Of a stretch of DNA of 64,000 nt, positions 8,706 to 18,835 are shown piece after piece. Position 1 is the stretch's first letter, and the number at the start of each line of letters is the position of its first letter. A program made the position numbers and the translations under genes. The notes under the pieces were generated by a model that saw nothing but the letters and a program-made list of their open reading frames with translations, searched no databases and was not told the origin of the DNA. The stretch covers positions 25,510-89,509 of the forward strand of contig JBPCMQ010000039.1 of assembly GCA_051002135.1 (NCBI GenBank), read 5' to 3'. This DNA is from Chloroflexota bacterium. Lineage in GTDB: Bacteria; Chloroflexota; UBA5177.

Positions 8706-9572
8706 TCAGACTCCCTGAGTTTCGAACAGCCCCAATTGACGTGCTCGCTGAGACCCGGTCCACCGCAGTGACGGCCGATCTCGAAGTGCGACCGCGACCC
8801 TGACCGTCCCCATACCCGCGCGCTGCAACGTACGGCGCGCCGCCTCGAGGGCAAGCGAGGGACGGTTGTTTTCGTGACTCAGGTGCGCCAACCACACGTC
8901 CACGTGATCGTCTCGAAGCTGTCGTACGAGAACCGCGGCGGCCTGCGCATTCGACAAATGGCCTCTGGGTCCGCCGATGCGGCGACGCAGGTGGACGGGA
9001 TAGCGCCCGCTGTGCAGCATCTGCGGGTCATGATTTGACTCCAAGATCACGAGGTCGGCGAGTCGCACCATCTCACACACGTTGTTTGTGACCACACCGA
9101 GGTCGGTTGCGATGACAACCGTCTTCCCGCCATGACGTACCAGGAAACCCACCGGACGCGCGGCGTCGTGGCTGACCAAGAAAGTGGTAACCTCCACATC
9201 CCCCAGCCTGACGGGCTTGCCGACCGGCAGCACCTCAGCCAGCGCTAGGTTATCAAGGTGTGCGGCCCGAAGCGCCTGTTCATTGGCCAGGACCGGCACC
9301 GAGTAGTCGCTCGCCAGCTCGCGCGCCGCCAGGCAATGATCCCGATGTTCATGGCTGATCAGGACGGCGGATATCGCGCCGATGCACATGTCCTCGCACT
9401 GGAGCGCTCGTTCCAGCTTCGGGATCCGCAATCCCGCGTCGAACAGCAGGGTGACTCTGTCCGTCCTCAAGACGTACGCGTTGCCGGAGCTTCCGCTGGC
9501 CAGCGCTCGAAGGAGCAACAATATCGGTCTCCTGCCCACGGAGTATGTGCAGCTGATGCTAGCAGCGCGCAT
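8706..9572 (-). CDS. MBL-fold metallo-hydrolase
   Basis: LISHEHRDH (HxHxDH) metallo-beta-lactamase motif, plus GSSGNA near the N-terminus. Confidence 0.65.
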   Translation of the reverse strand: MRAASISCTYSVGRRPILLLLRALASGSSGNAYVLRTDRVTLLFDAGLRIPKLERALQCEDMCIGAISAVLISHEHRDHCLAARELASDYSVPVLANEQALRAAHLDNLALAEVLPVGKPVRLGDVEVTTFLVSHDAARPVGFLVRHGGKTVVIATDLGVVTNNVCEMVRLADLVILESNHDPQMLHSGRYPVHLRRRIGGPRGHLSNAQAAAVLVRQLRDDHVDVWLAHLSHENNRPSLALEAARRTLQRAGMGTVRVAVALRDRPSLRWTGSQRARQLGLFETQGV

Positions 9573-9669
9573 CGTCTGGCCTCAACGGGTGAGTCCCGCT
9601 CTCATTGCTTCCCCTATGATTGTGTGATGGGAGGTGAGAGGGATCTCACCCAGCTCGAGGAGTTTAAAG

Positions 9670-9930
9670 ATGACCTATGTGATCACCGAGCCCTGCGTGG
9701 GCGTGAAGGATGGATCATGCGCGGACGTGTGCCCGGTGGAGTGCATCCACACGTTGCCCGGTGATGACATGTACTTCATTGACCCCGACGAGTGCATCGA
9801 TTGCGGCGTGTGTGTTCCGGAATGTCCGGTAGACGCCATCTTCCCCGAGGAAGAGGTACCGCCGAAGTATGAGCGGTTCACGTTGCTCAATGCTGAGTAC
9901 TTCGAGAAGAACGAGGACCAATTCCGCTGA
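9670..9930 (+). CDS. fdxA: 7Fe ferredoxin (FdxA type). Start at MTYVITEPC; track ORF starts 9634.
   Basis: CxxxxxxCxxxCP and CxxCxxCxxxCP cluster motifs: CVGVKDGSCADVCP and CIDCGVCVPECP. Confidence 0.8.
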   Translation: MTYVITEPCVGVKDGSCADVCPVECIHTLPGDDMYFIDPDECIDCGVCVPECPVDAIFPEEEVPPKYERFTLLNAEYFEKNEDQFR

Positions 9931-9971
9931 GGTGCTCTCCCGGGAGAGCGGGACGTCGGCTAAGCTGAGGA

Positions 9972-10727
9972 ATGCCGCGGCGGGTTGACATCCTTGGCGT
10001 GCCCGTTGACGTTGTGACGGAACCGGATGCACTGAGCTTCGTACGGGAGCGTATTCGAACGCACACTCCTTCTAGGGTGGTGACCGTCAACGTCGAATAT
10101 GTGATGCACGCGTATAAAGATTCCGCGTTCGCGCACGTGCTCCAGACGGCGGACATGGCGACCCCGGACAGCGCAGGCATCCTGTGGGCCATGCGGCGTC
10201 AGGGGGAAGATGTCTCTCAACGGGTGGGAGGATCCGATCTCATTTGGTCCTTGAGCGAGCAGGCATCGCGCGAAGGTCATCGAGTCTTTCTTCTTGGAGC
10301 CGCCGAAGGGGTTGCGCAGTGCGCGGCATCCCGTCTGCAGACCCGAAATCCGAATCTGACCGTCGCCGGTACCTGGGCCGGCTCGCCCGGGCCGTCTGAA
10401 CGGGCGTTCATTGTAGACTTGATCCGGCGCTCTCAGACCGATCTTCTTTTCGTTGCTTTTGGGTCGCCCCGGCAGGATCTCTGGATCGCGGAAAATCTCC
10501 TTCACACGGGCGCGTGCGTGGCGATAGGGGTGGGTGGAAGCTTCGACTATGTTGCAGGTACGGCGCGGCGCGCTCCCGCGTGGATGCGCGACCGGGGCAT
10601 GGAATGGCTGTGGCGCCTGTATAGGCAACCATGGCGGTGGCGCCGCATGATGGCCATCCCGCGCTTCGTTTGGCGAGTCACGTTCGGCGGACATGCCAGC
10701 AGCCGCCTCAACAAGGAGGACATGTGA
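9972..10727 (+). CDS. WecB/TagA/CpsF-family glycosyltransferase (N-acetylmannosamine(uronic acid) transferase-like)
   Basis: ILGVPVD N-terminus, FLLGA, FGSPRQD/E and GVGGSFD motifs of the family. Stop TGA 10725-10727 overlaps the next gene's GTG. Confidence 0.8.
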   Translation: MPRRVDILGVPVDVVTEPDALSFVRERIRTHTPSRVVTVNVEYVMHAYKDSAFAHVLQTADMATPDSAGILWAMRRQGEDVSQRVGGSDLIWSLSEQASREGHRVFLLGAAEGVAQCAASRLQTRNPNLTVAGTWAGSPGPSERAFIVDLIRRSQTDLLFVAFGSPRQDLWIAENLLHTGACVAIGVGGSFDYVAGTARRAPAWMRDRGMEWLWRLYRQPWRWRRMMAIPRFVWRVTFGGHASSRLNKEDM

Positions 10728-12118
10728 GGAGCGAGTTGGAAACAGGTGACCGCACCATCGGTGCCCTGAGATCCGGCGACATGGCGGTTGGAGTCTGGGG
10801 CTGCGGGCACATCGGCGCCAGCGCGATGTACCACTTCAGTCGCAAGGGCGTGCGGTGCGTCGGCTACGACATAGCGGAGACGCGCGTGCGCGAGATCATG
10901 GAGGGACGTTTTCTCTCTACAGATATCGCGCCCCTTGATCGCGAGGTGAACCATTCGGCTCCAGTACGCGCCACGACACGCTGGCAGGATCTGCGGGATG
11001 AGCACATCGCCGTGCACATCATCGCCGTGCCGACGGAGCGAGGAGCGGAGCCCAGCTCCGCCTCTCTCGAGGACGTCATGCCACTCATATGCGCCACGAT
11101 CATGGCGACGAAGTTCGAGGGCGTATTGCCTCTCATCGCGATTGAGAGCACGATCCAACCCACGTGGATCGACTCGGTGGTCCTTCCTAAGCTCCACGCG
11201 TCCGGGCTCAGGCCCGGAATCGACGTGCTTCTCGGGGCGGCCCCGCGCCGCGATTGGTTCTCCGGAGGGGAGCACTCCCTCGAGACGCTTCCCCGCATCG
11301 TGGGCGGTAATTCGCCGGCAGCGGCCTCCCTCCTCATTGCTCTCTACGGCATCGTGTGCCGGGAGATCGTTCCGGCGCGGGATGCCTATCACGCCGCCTT
11401 TACCAAGGTGATCGAGAACCTCATTCGTTTTCAAGGTCTCGCGCTTGCGAATAGTCTGTCGCTCGCGTTCCCGCAGTACGACATGACGCATGTCTTTCGC
11501 CTCTCGAGCACCAAATGGAACATCCCGATGTTTCACCCGTCGATGGGCATCGGCGGACACTGTATACCCCTAGCGCCGCGCTATACCATCGCGGAGGGCG
11601 GCGAGGGCAATGCCTTTCTCGGGCCGGTTCGCTCGGCCATCGAATTCAACGACAACTACTTCAGCCTGCTCTACCGCACGCGTCTCCGGGAGCTGTTGCA
11701 AGACTGCCGCTCCATCGTCGTTCTCGGACTCGCCTACACCGCCGATGCCAAGATGCACAAGCTTTCCCCCGCACTTGATGCGATCGAGTGCCTCAAGGAC
11801 ACGCCCCGCTTGCGCTTGCACGACCCCTACTACAGCGCCGACGATATCGACGACATCTGTGGGATCGCCACGATCTCGTTCCCGGATGAGCTCACGGGCT
11901 GCGACGGCATCGTCCTCGTGACCCCGCACTCGCAGTACCGCGCCGCGCACGTGGAGCGGTACATCCAGCCCGGGTCGGTGATCGTGGACAACTTTGGCAC
12001 ATGGAGCGACAAGCGCTTCCAGGAAGGTGTCCGCTATCACGAAGTGGGTCGTCCATATACCGAGGACAGCCGCGCGTTGTTGCAGTGGCCGGAGCCCTCA
12101 TCCATGACGAGCGCTTGA
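10724..12118 (+). CDS. Nucleotide-sugar dehydrogenase (UDP-glucose/GDP-mannose dehydrogenase family, UDP-ManNAc dehydrogenase-like). GTG start at 10724 with AAGGAGG upstream; track ORF starts 10631.
   Basis: GVWGCGHIG Rossmann motif, catalytic-Cys region GGHCIP, and C-terminal UDPG_MGDP_dh domain features. Confidence 0.8.
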   Translation: MRSELETGDRTIGALRSGDMAVGVWGCGHIGASAMYHFSRKGVRCVGYDIAETRVREIMEGRFLSTDIAPLDREVNHSAPVRATTRWQDLRDEHIAVHIIAVPTERGAEPSSASLEDVMPLICATIMATKFEGVLPLIAIESTIQPTWIDSVVLPKLHASGLRPGIDVLLGAAPRRDWFSGGEHSLETLPRIVGGNSPAAASLLIALYGIVCREIVPARDAYHAAFTKVIENLIRFQGLALANSLSLAFPQYDMTHVFRLSSTKWNIPMFHPSMGIGGHCIPLAPRYTIAEGGEGNAFLGPVRSAIEFNDNYFSLLYRTRLRELLQDCRSIVVLGLAYTADAKMHKLSPALDAIECLKDTPRLRLHDPYYSADDIDDICGIATISFPDELTGCDGIVLVTPHSQYRAAHVERYIQPGSVIVDNFGTWSDKRFQEGVRYHEVGRPYTEDSRALLQWPEPSSMTSA

Positions 12119-12202
12119 GGAGGTCTCTTTCTGCCTGACCTTTCGGCCGTCGATCATTACAACGCCTTCCCACCTCTACTGATAGGCTTCGGGGCCGCTC
12201 TT

Positions 12203-13234
12203 GTGCTGACGCCGCTGGCCAGAGTTATCGCGGTGCGAACGGGAGACATCGACAAACCGGTCGGAATGAAGATTCACAGGCGGCCGACTCCTCTCATGGG
12301 GGGCGTCGCCGTCTTTGCCGCCTTCGCCCTGGCGTGCGTCCTCACCATTCAACACAGCGGACCGGTTATCGGTGTGCTCGTCGGCGGAGCGGTCGCCGTT
12401 GCCGTGGGGATTGCGGACGAGTTCTTCGATTTATCTCCGGGCGTACATCTCTTGGGTCAGATCGTCGCGGCGGTGGCGGCTCTTCTCGGAGGCGTGCGCG
12501 CGATTTCCAGCGTTAGTCTCCCTTTCGCTCGTCTCACCGCGCCGGGATGGCACTTGCCGCTGGCGGTCGGGGTCGTGGTCACGGTGATCTGGCTGGTCGG
12601 CATGATGAATACGGTCAATTTCTTGGACGGGTTGGACGGACTGGCGCCGGGCATCGCGGCGATCTCCGCGTTATGCCTGGCGGGTTGGGCCTGGGAGGAT
12701 CAGCGCTTTTTGGTTCCGGTCGCCCCACATCATGAGGATCTTCTTCTGCCAATGGCGCTGGTCGGGGCGCTCATCGGGTTCCTCCCGTTCAACTGGCACC
12801 CGGCCCGCATCTTTCTCGGCGACTCCGGAAGCATGTTTCTGGGCATGGCCCTGGGTACGCTGTCGATCGTGGGACCGGCGAAACTTGCGACGGCGTTGCT
12901 GTTCCTGTTGATACCGGTTCTTGATGTCGCCTGGGCAATTGTCCGGCGGCGGCTCCGGGGCAAGAGCTTTTTAACCGGAGACAAGCAGCATGTGTACCAT
13001 CGCATGCTGGAGCTCGGTATGAGTCACTCGAGTACCGTGTTGCTGCTGTACGGGATCTGCGCCGCTCTAAGCGTGTTGGACGTCCTCCTGTACAAGCAGT
13101 GGAAGCTTTTGGCTTTCGTGGTTCTGGCCGCTATCACGGCCAGCCTCTTCATCTATCTGGAGATTCGTGCGACGCGTGCATCTCAGGTGACCCGGGTGGA
13201 TGGATCGCGAGCGCCGGCCGCCCCGCAGGAGTAG
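12203..13234 (+). CDS. Polyprenyl-phosphate N-acetylhexosamine-1-phosphate transferase (WecA/TagO, MraY family). Start uncertain; the frame is open upstream to the previous gene's stop but has no canonical start codon there.
   Basis: About 10 TM segments. NTVNFLDGLDGLA and FLGDSGS motifs of the MraY/WecA family. Confidence 0.8.
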   Translation: MLTPLARVIAVRTGDIDKPVGMKIHRRPTPLMGGVAVFAAFALACVLTIQHSGPVIGVLVGGAVAVAVGIADEFFDLSPGVHLLGQIVAAVAALLGGVRAISSVSLPFARLTAPGWHLPLAVGVVVTVIWLVGMMNTVNFLDGLDGLAPGIAAISALCLAGWAWEDQRFLVPVAPHHEDLLLPMALVGALIGFLPFNWHPARIFLGDSGSMFLGMALGTLSIVGPAKLATALLFLLIPVLDVAWAIVRRRLRGKSFLTGDKQHVYHRMLELGMSHSSTVLLLYGICAALSVLDVLLYKQWKLLAFVVLAAITASLFIYLEIRATRASQVTRVDGSRAPAAPQE

Positions 13235-13240
13235 CGGGTT

Positions 13241-14509
13241 CTAGAACTGTTGCGCTTTTCCCACGGCGTAGCCCAGCCAGTCACGCACAGACTGCGGCTG
13301 AAGGGAACTGATGTCTACGTGAGCGGCTCCATGAAAGCGGGCGAACGCAGTGACGCCCCGCGCCAGGGCGGCGACGAAACTTCGGTCGGCAGAGATCGCG
13401 CCATCCTCTAGCCAGAACCCGTTGATCAGGAGGGCGTTCCTGCCACGATCAAGCTTCGGATCGAGGCGTCCCACCAGACGATCCTTCCACAAGATCGGCA
13501 TCGTGTAGTAGCCCCATCGTCGCTTAACGACGGGCTTGTATACCTCCCACAGGTACTCGAAGGCGAATAGGTCAAGAACGCGTTGGCGCCCAAGCAACGG
13601 GTCGAGCGGGGAAAGAAAGACGACCTCCTCCTCGGCCGTCGTCTCGACCGGATCCCATTCCTGTGGTATCTCAGTCGCGACTAGCGCCTGCAGACAGGGT
13701 TCCCGAGACGCGACGTAGTAGTACTTCTCCGGTTGCCCTTCGATCTCGACGGCTGCAATCTCGCCGTCTGCCACAAGTGCTTCGATCCTTGAACGCGCCT
13801 CGACTTTGTCAACGCTTCGATGCACGAGAAAAGCGAAAGTATTAGCCCACGCACGCGCCGTGTGCAGGCCTAACAGGCGGAAGGCTTTACGTGCGAAATA
13901 GTTCTCCGCATCTTCCACGGGAGCATCGTGCTGCAACGTTACGGGAGCAATGCGCTCGCGCAGTCCGTAGATGCGCTGGAATCCGTCCCGGCCATGGGTC
14001 ATGAGGTCACCCGTGAGCCATAGGTTGTAGAGCGCCAGGCCGCTGTCTTTTCGAGCGCGGTAGCTGGACACACGGGCGGTCCCCTCCAGATCCCTGCTTC
14101 CGACTGGCCCTCCCTCCCGAATCAGCTCCCGTACGTCGCGTGTCAGCGCGCCGTGTTCGGAAAAGAACGCGGCTTCCCGTTTGTCGTGTTTGCGCCGCTC
14201 CATGTGGACCCGCCAACATGGCAGCTCTTCCATTGGGTAAATGTGGACGCATCCACCGTAATCAAAGAAGGCGCGCCGGCTATAGAGCAGCTCATCAAGA
14301 TCGCGGGGCGAATATCCCGTTACGCGCGCCCAGAGAACCAGGTCGTGACTGCGGGATACGACCGTCATCGGGTCGACCTGAACGGCTTCGAGGGCGTGAA
14401 GGGCTTCGGACGCGCCTTCGATTCCAGACCACCGCCGGCCCGGCCATAGCCCTTGTAGACCGAGCAGAAACCGGCGCGCGATCTCGTTTGAGATGATCTC
14501 GCATGACAT
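13241..14509 (-). CDS. YcaQ-family winged-helix DNA-binding protein (DUF1006-like). Start at MSCEIISNE; the 681-aa track ORF is a spurious 5' extension.
   Basis: The C-terminal 422 aa resemble the YcaQ/wHTH crosslink-repair glycosylase family. The upstream 259 codons run antisense, out of frame, to the PAP2 gene and have Arg/Ala/Gly-rich junk composition. Confidence 0.5.
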   Translation of the reverse strand: MSCEIISNEIARRFLLGLQGLWPGRRWSGIEGASEALHALEAVQVDPMTVVSRSHDLVLWARVTGYSPRDLDELLYSRRAFFDYGGCVHIYPMEELPCWRVHMERRKHDKREAAFFSEHGALTRDVRELIREGGPVGSRDLEGTARVSSYRARKDSGLALYNLWLTGDLMTHGRDGFQRIYGLRERIAPVTLQHDAPVEDAENYFARKAFRLLGLHTARAWANTFAFLVHRSVDKVEARSRIEALVADGEIAAVEIEGQPEKYYYVASREPCLQALVATEIPQEWDPVETTAEEEVVFLSPLDPLLGRQRVLDLFAFEYLWEVYKPVVKRRWGYYTMPILWKDRLVGRLDPKLDRGRNALLINGFWLEDGAISADRSFVAALARGVTAFARFHGAAHVDISSLQPQSVRDWLGYAVGKAQQF

Positions 14510-14595
14510 GCGACTAACCTCGAAGGAAGTGGGTACCTCGATCCATTGTGGACGAAGGGCATCCCATGGCTTCGTTGCACATCGCGAGAGCCCTT

Positions 14596-15558
14596 TCAGA
14601 CCCGGATCACCCCGCGGACCGCGAAGAATGCAACGAGCGCCAGAAGCCATCCGGCAAGTGCGTCGATCACCCAGTGTTCCCCCAGATACACGACGACAAA
14701 GACCACCCATAATGGCCATACAAATAGCCCGAGCCACGGGCGGCCGAGGCGTGAGAAGGCAAGGAACTCGAGCAGTGGGAAGGCCGCATGCTCCGACGGA
14801 AATGCGGCCACGGCATCGCCTCGCCATTGAAACGCGTAGAACAGCGGCGTGCCATGGAATGGGAGGGGATGTCGGTGCAAAATCAATCCGAATCCGTTGT
14901 ACACACCAGGCACCTCCCCGTAGCGCTGCGCCGCCAGCCATGGAGGCACGGCGGGATAGACGACGAAAGCGATGAAGCCCAGGACCGAGACAACCAAAGC
15001 CGCGGCCGCGAATTGGAGATATAGCTCGCGATTCAGGCGCCACAAGATGTAGCCGGCGATATACGGCTCCGGCAGGTGCAGGTTGTATGTGACAAAGCTT
15101 ACGATGTCGAGCGGGCTGCCGCGCCCGTAGTCCGCGAACGTCCGCTGCATCCAGGTCACGGCGTCGTGCCCGAAAAACATATGGTGGTCGGCCTGAAGCA
15201 TGAAATCGAGATGGAGTGGAAAGGGCGAGTACGCGGCGATCGGTCCGCTCACGTTCCACATGACGAGCCCGATCAGGAAGAACCACCAGTCGCGCGCAAA
15301 GCTTTCAAGACGGCGGCTTATGGCGGCCGGCAGAATGACCGCCGCGGTTAGTGCCTCCACTCCCAGTCGGACGTTCAATACGTCCGTCCCGACGATCAGT
15401 AGCGCGAAATACCCGGCGAGCCCGGCCAGCTCTGCCGTCGAGGCGGGGCGCCAGCAGACATTGCTGGACGTCAAGTGGAGCTGCGTGAGCCGGTTGCCGC
15501 GGTCCAGCCACACCACCGTCGCCTCCGGATCGTTGCGTTGGCCCTGCGTGCAGGTCAA
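14596..15558 (-). CDS. PAP2-superfamily integral membrane phosphatase/transferase
   Basis: Multi-TM protein carrying the PSEH and EHWVIDALAG motifs (PAP2 PSGH / SRxxxxxHxxxD). Confidence 0.6.
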   Translation of the reverse strand: MTCTQGQRNDPEATVVWLDRGNRLTQLHLTSSNVCWRPASTAELAGLAGYFALLIVGTDVLNVRLGVEALTAAVILPAAISRRLESFARDWWFFLIGLVMWNVSGPIAAYSPFPLHLDFMLQADHHMFFGHDAVTWMQRTFADYGRGSPLDIVSFVTYNLHLPEPYIAGYILWRLNRELYLQFAAAALVVSVLGFIAFVVYPAVPPWLAAQRYGEVPGVYNGFGLILHRHPLPFHGTPLFYAFQWRGDAVAAFPSEHAAFPLLEFLAFSRLGRPWLGLFVWPLWVVFVVVYLGEHWVIDALAGWLLALVAFFAVRGVIRV

Positions 15559-15677
15559 TGTATCACACGATTTCGGTGATTTAGGAGGCGGAAACAGCGT
15601 CGATTAGAGAGCAGTGATAGTCTAGACGGGCCAGCTGGACAGGCCAAGAATTCTGTCGGGGCAGCGTTCGACCAGAC

Positions 15678-17354
15678 ATGTCACCTATCCCCTCTGCGCA
15701 CGCCGTAGGGTTTCGGAAACCCATCGCGTTGGGCTCCTGGCCCGAGGTTGGAGCCCTCACCCCCTTCTTTCTGGGGACGTTCTTCCTCGCGGTGTATCTC
15801 CTCACCGGCTCCAGCGACCTCTTGCACAATGGGGACACCGATCTCCGCTATCAAACCACGCAGGCTCTGGTCGAGCACCATCGGTTGTGGATAGATCGGC
15901 CGATGTGGACGGACCTACGGATGCACCGGGGTAATGGCGGGCATCTGTACGCCTTCTATGGGCCGGGTCAAGTGCTTCTCATGGTGCCCCTCTACGTACT
16001 GGGAAAGGCCTTTGCGCATCACCTGTCTTTGCCGTACGACATAACCACGCTGTACGCCTGCCGGTCCCTGGATCTGTTTCTCGGCGCCCTGCTCGCCGTG
16101 GTCTTTTATCTGTTCGCCCGATCGGCTGGGTACACGGAGCGAATCTCGACGGTCCTAACACTCATCTTCGGCCTCGCGACAGTCTCCTGGCCGGACGCCC
16201 AGAGCGCCCTGGAACAGACGCAGGTGGATCTGTGTCTGCTCGTCTCGGTGTACGCGGCCTGGCGCTACGTACTCGGAGACTTCGCGCGCCGGAGGTGGCT
16301 CGCTGCCGCGTCCGCGGCCGCCGGCGCCGGACTCCTGACCCGGTACGACTTCGCTCTATACCTGCCCATCATCCTGGCCCTTCCCCTCGCTTGGCGATGG
16401 CGTCGTCAGGCTGGTTCGGGGTTGCTGGCGGACGTCTTTGTCTATGTCGCGGGCCTCGTTCCGTGGGTGCTGGCGGTTGCCGCATGGAACGACGCGCGTT
16501 TCGGCGATCCGCTGGATACGGGACTGCGCGAGAAGACGCTGGGCGAGCCTTTTCTGGCAGGTCTGGCAGGTCTCCTGGTCAGCCCGGGTAAAGGTCTCAT
16601 ATGGTACCTTCCCCTCGTCCTCGTCCTTCCCTGGGTCGTCCCGCGCTTCTATGCGCGCTGTCGTCCTCTTTGTCTACTTAGCGCTTCGCTGGTCGTGGTG
16701 CCGGTACTCTTCTATAGCAACCTTGTGTATTGGCACGGCGATCCGGCGTGGGGGCCGCGGTATCTCTACACCGCGGTCCCGTATCTCATCCTCCCCTTGG
16801 GAGAGCTTCTAGGTCGGTGGCGCACGGCAGGGATGGGCCTGCGAACAGCTTTTCTGGCCCTGCTTGTCGTCAGCGCCGGCCTTCAATTAGCCGCCGTGTC
16901 GGTCACGCAATGGCGGTTTTGGTACCGGCTCCAGGCGATGGAAGAGCACACGCGGCAACCATTTCGGTGGGGCGCACCGTACTATCACTACTACTGGACG
17001 CCTCGACAGTCACCGATTCTCATTCAGATCGACGACGTCTATCAGATTGCCCGCCTCACGTTCCTGGGCGACACCAAGTACCGCTTCACAACGCGGCCAA
17101 CCGCCTACACGGTGCAACGCCATCCGTCCAATCCGGCCGATAAGTACCCGATCAATAACTTTGCCTACTGGTGGGTAGATCCTAGACATCCGCTCCTGGG
17201 CTTGCGAACACGCCTCGGTATAGCTGCTCTGCTGCTCGCAGCGGCGCTTGCATCCCTGGCCGCCGCACTCTCCTGCGCCTGGCTGGCCCGCAAACCCCCC
17301 GGGGAGTCTGTGGTGCACGCCCGCCTCATCACCGCTGGCTCGCGCGCGCTTTAA
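15678..17354 (+). CDS. Large polytopic membrane protein, GT-C-fold glycosyltransferase-like (ArnT/PMT/GT87-like)
   Basis: 558 aa with at least 10 predicted TM helices. Acidic first loop (NGDTDLRY). Aromatic-rich C-terminal region. No soluble catalytic domain recognised. Confidence 0.4.
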   Translation: MSPIPSAHAVGFRKPIALGSWPEVGALTPFFLGTFFLAVYLLTGSSDLLHNGDTDLRYQTTQALVEHHRLWIDRPMWTDLRMHRGNGGHLYAFYGPGQVLLMVPLYVLGKAFAHHLSLPYDITTLYACRSLDLFLGALLAVVFYLFARSAGYTERISTVLTLIFGLATVSWPDAQSALEQTQVDLCLLVSVYAAWRYVLGDFARRRWLAAASAAAGAGLLTRYDFALYLPIILALPLAWRWRRQAGSGLLADVFVYVAGLVPWVLAVAAWNDARFGDPLDTGLREKTLGEPFLAGLAGLLVSPGKGLIWYLPLVLVLPWVVPRFYARCRPLCLLSASLVVVPVLFYSNLVYWHGDPAWGPRYLYTAVPYLILPLGELLGRWRTAGMGLRTAFLALLVVSAGLQLAAVSVTQWRFWYRLQAMEEHTRQPFRWGAPYYHYYWTPRQSPILIQIDDVYQIARLTFLGDTKYRFTTRPTAYTVQRHPSNPADKYPINNFAYWWVDPRHPLLGLRTRLGIAALLLAAALASLAAALSCAWLARKPPGESVVHARLITAGSRAL

Positions 17355-17362
17355 TTTGAGTT

Positions 17363-18193
17363 CTACTCCGTGCCCGAAGCGCGCCGCAGATCGCGAGCTC
17401 GCTCGGTAGCGGCCAGCACTCCCTCGATCACGGTTCCGCGCATCGCTTTTTCCTCCAGGACCTTGACGCCTTCTACCGTAACGCCGCCAGGCGTACAGAT
17501 TTCGTCGAGGAGCTGCGACGGAAGCTTGTCGCTCGCAACGACATTTTGCGCCGCCGCCACCACTTGCTCGATGGCGCGGGAGTGTGACGCCTGGTGCCGC
17601 AATCCGACGAGCGAGCCGGCGGTGATCAGGGCATCCAGGAGCACGTAGACGGTGGCCGTGGTAGTCGAGCCAAACGTCGTAAAAGCGTCGATCTCATCCT
17701 CGGGCATGACGACAACGTGAGCACTGACAGTGTCGAAGAGGCGCGAGACAAGCGCGAGGTGTTCTGCGGAGGTGTGACGGTTAAGGGCTAGCCCGGTGGT
17801 CCCTGCCTTGATGCGTCCGAAAAAGGTCGGCATGGCCCGCACAAATGGGATGTCCCGACCGAGACGTCTCTCATAAAAGGAGATGGGTAGCCCGGCGGCG
17901 ATGCTCACGAGGAGGACATCGCCTCTTAGCACGGGGCTGATTTCGTCCAGAACCGTGGTCATCGCCTGGGGCCGTACGCACAGCACGACAATATGGCACC
18001 GCTCATACGCCTCCCGGTTCTTCAGTGAGCCTTCGACGCCCAATCTGTCTTGCAGCTCATCCAGGCGATCCTGTCGATAGTGGGTCATGACGATGTCCGC
18101 CGGCTGCACGAGCTTACTCCGCGCTAGACCGGAGGCGATGACCTCCGCCATGACACCCGCCCCGAGCAGTCCAATGCGCTTGTTTTCCAGCAC
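17363..18193 (-). CDS. proC: pyrroline-5-carboxylate reductase
   Basis: IGLLGAGVMAE NAD(P)-binding N-terminus. The C-terminal CTPGGVTVEG resembles the ProC signature. Confidence 0.85.
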   Translation of the reverse strand: MLENKRIGLLGAGVMAEVIASGLARSKLVQPADIVMTHYRQDRLDELQDRLGVEGSLKNREAYERCHIVVLCVRPQAMTTVLDEISPVLRGDVLLVSIAAGLPISFYERRLGRDIPFVRAMPTFFGRIKAGTTGLALNRHTSAEHLALVSRLFDTVSAHVVVMPEDEIDAFTTFGSTTTATVYVLLDALITAGSLVGLRHQASHSRAIEQVVAAAQNVVASDKLPSQLLDEICTPGGVTVEGVKVLEEKAMRGTVIEGVLAATERARDLRRASGTE

Positions 18194-18202
18194 GTCTCGA
18201 TC

Positions 18203-18835
18203 CTACTCTGGTTGAGGCCGGTCGATGATGACCTCGCAAGGGGCGTTCTCGAAGACATATTCGACAGATCGGGCGAAACGTGTCCCGCCCCTGCTCGCCT
18301 TCGGTACGTCACCCATGAGAAGAAGGTCCGCGTTATTCTGACGGGCATACTGGACGATCCCGGGACCGGCCTGCCGCGCGCGCTCGACCCTCCTCGTGAT
18401 CTTTACGCCGTAGCGATCCGCGATCTTCGCCGCCCGGACAAACGCGGTCTTGGCCAAGGTCTCTTCATCCTCCATGGACGCATTGATCGGGAGGGCGTAG
18501 GGAACCTCAATGATGTACAGAACGTCCATTGTGGCGCCCCGGTATTTGGCCATCTGGCTGGCAAGCGCGATGACTCGATTGGAGATGACGTCTCCCTGCA
18601 CAGGCACCACAATGCGCGACGACTGGCTTTGCACACGGATGACCCGCTTCACCTCCTGCTCCACGTCTCCAACGCGCGGAACGTGCAGCATCCACCAGAG
18701 GATGGAGCCGATCGTCGACACGTAGACAGCGGCGACCAAAGCGCCTATCACCGAAACCTGTTCAAGAATCACCGCGTGTGCCTCCGTAGCGCACGTAGTC
18801 TCGCAAGCGCACGACACCAAGCGCCACAAAGACAA
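18203..18835 (-). CDS. Universal stress protein (UspA family) with an N-terminal TM segment. Its N-terminus overlaps a separate 2-TM ORF (18762..19385) in another frame.
   Basis: Usp-domain motifs: RIVVPVQGD, DVLYIIEVP, and ADLLLMGD...GS. Confidence 0.6.
   Translation of the reverse strand: MSLWRLVSCACETTCATEAHAVILEQVSVIGALVAAVYVSTIGSILWWMLHVPRVGDVEQEVKRVIRVQSQSSRIVVPVQGDVISNRVIALASQMAKYRGATMDVLYIIEVPYALPINASMEDEETLAKTAFVRAAKIADRYGVKITRRVERARQAGPGIVQYARQNNADLLLMGDVPKASRGGTRFARSVEYVFENAPCEVIIDRPQPE

Noticed and set aside
13241-15286. 681-aa ORF suggesting a large multidomain protein
   Set aside because: Only the C-terminal 422 aa (from MSCEIISNE, ATG at 14509) look like a real YcaQ-like protein. 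The upstream 259 codons are antisense and out of frame to the PAP2 gene (14596..15558) and have Arg/Gly/Ala-rich junk composition typical of GC-rich shadow frames.
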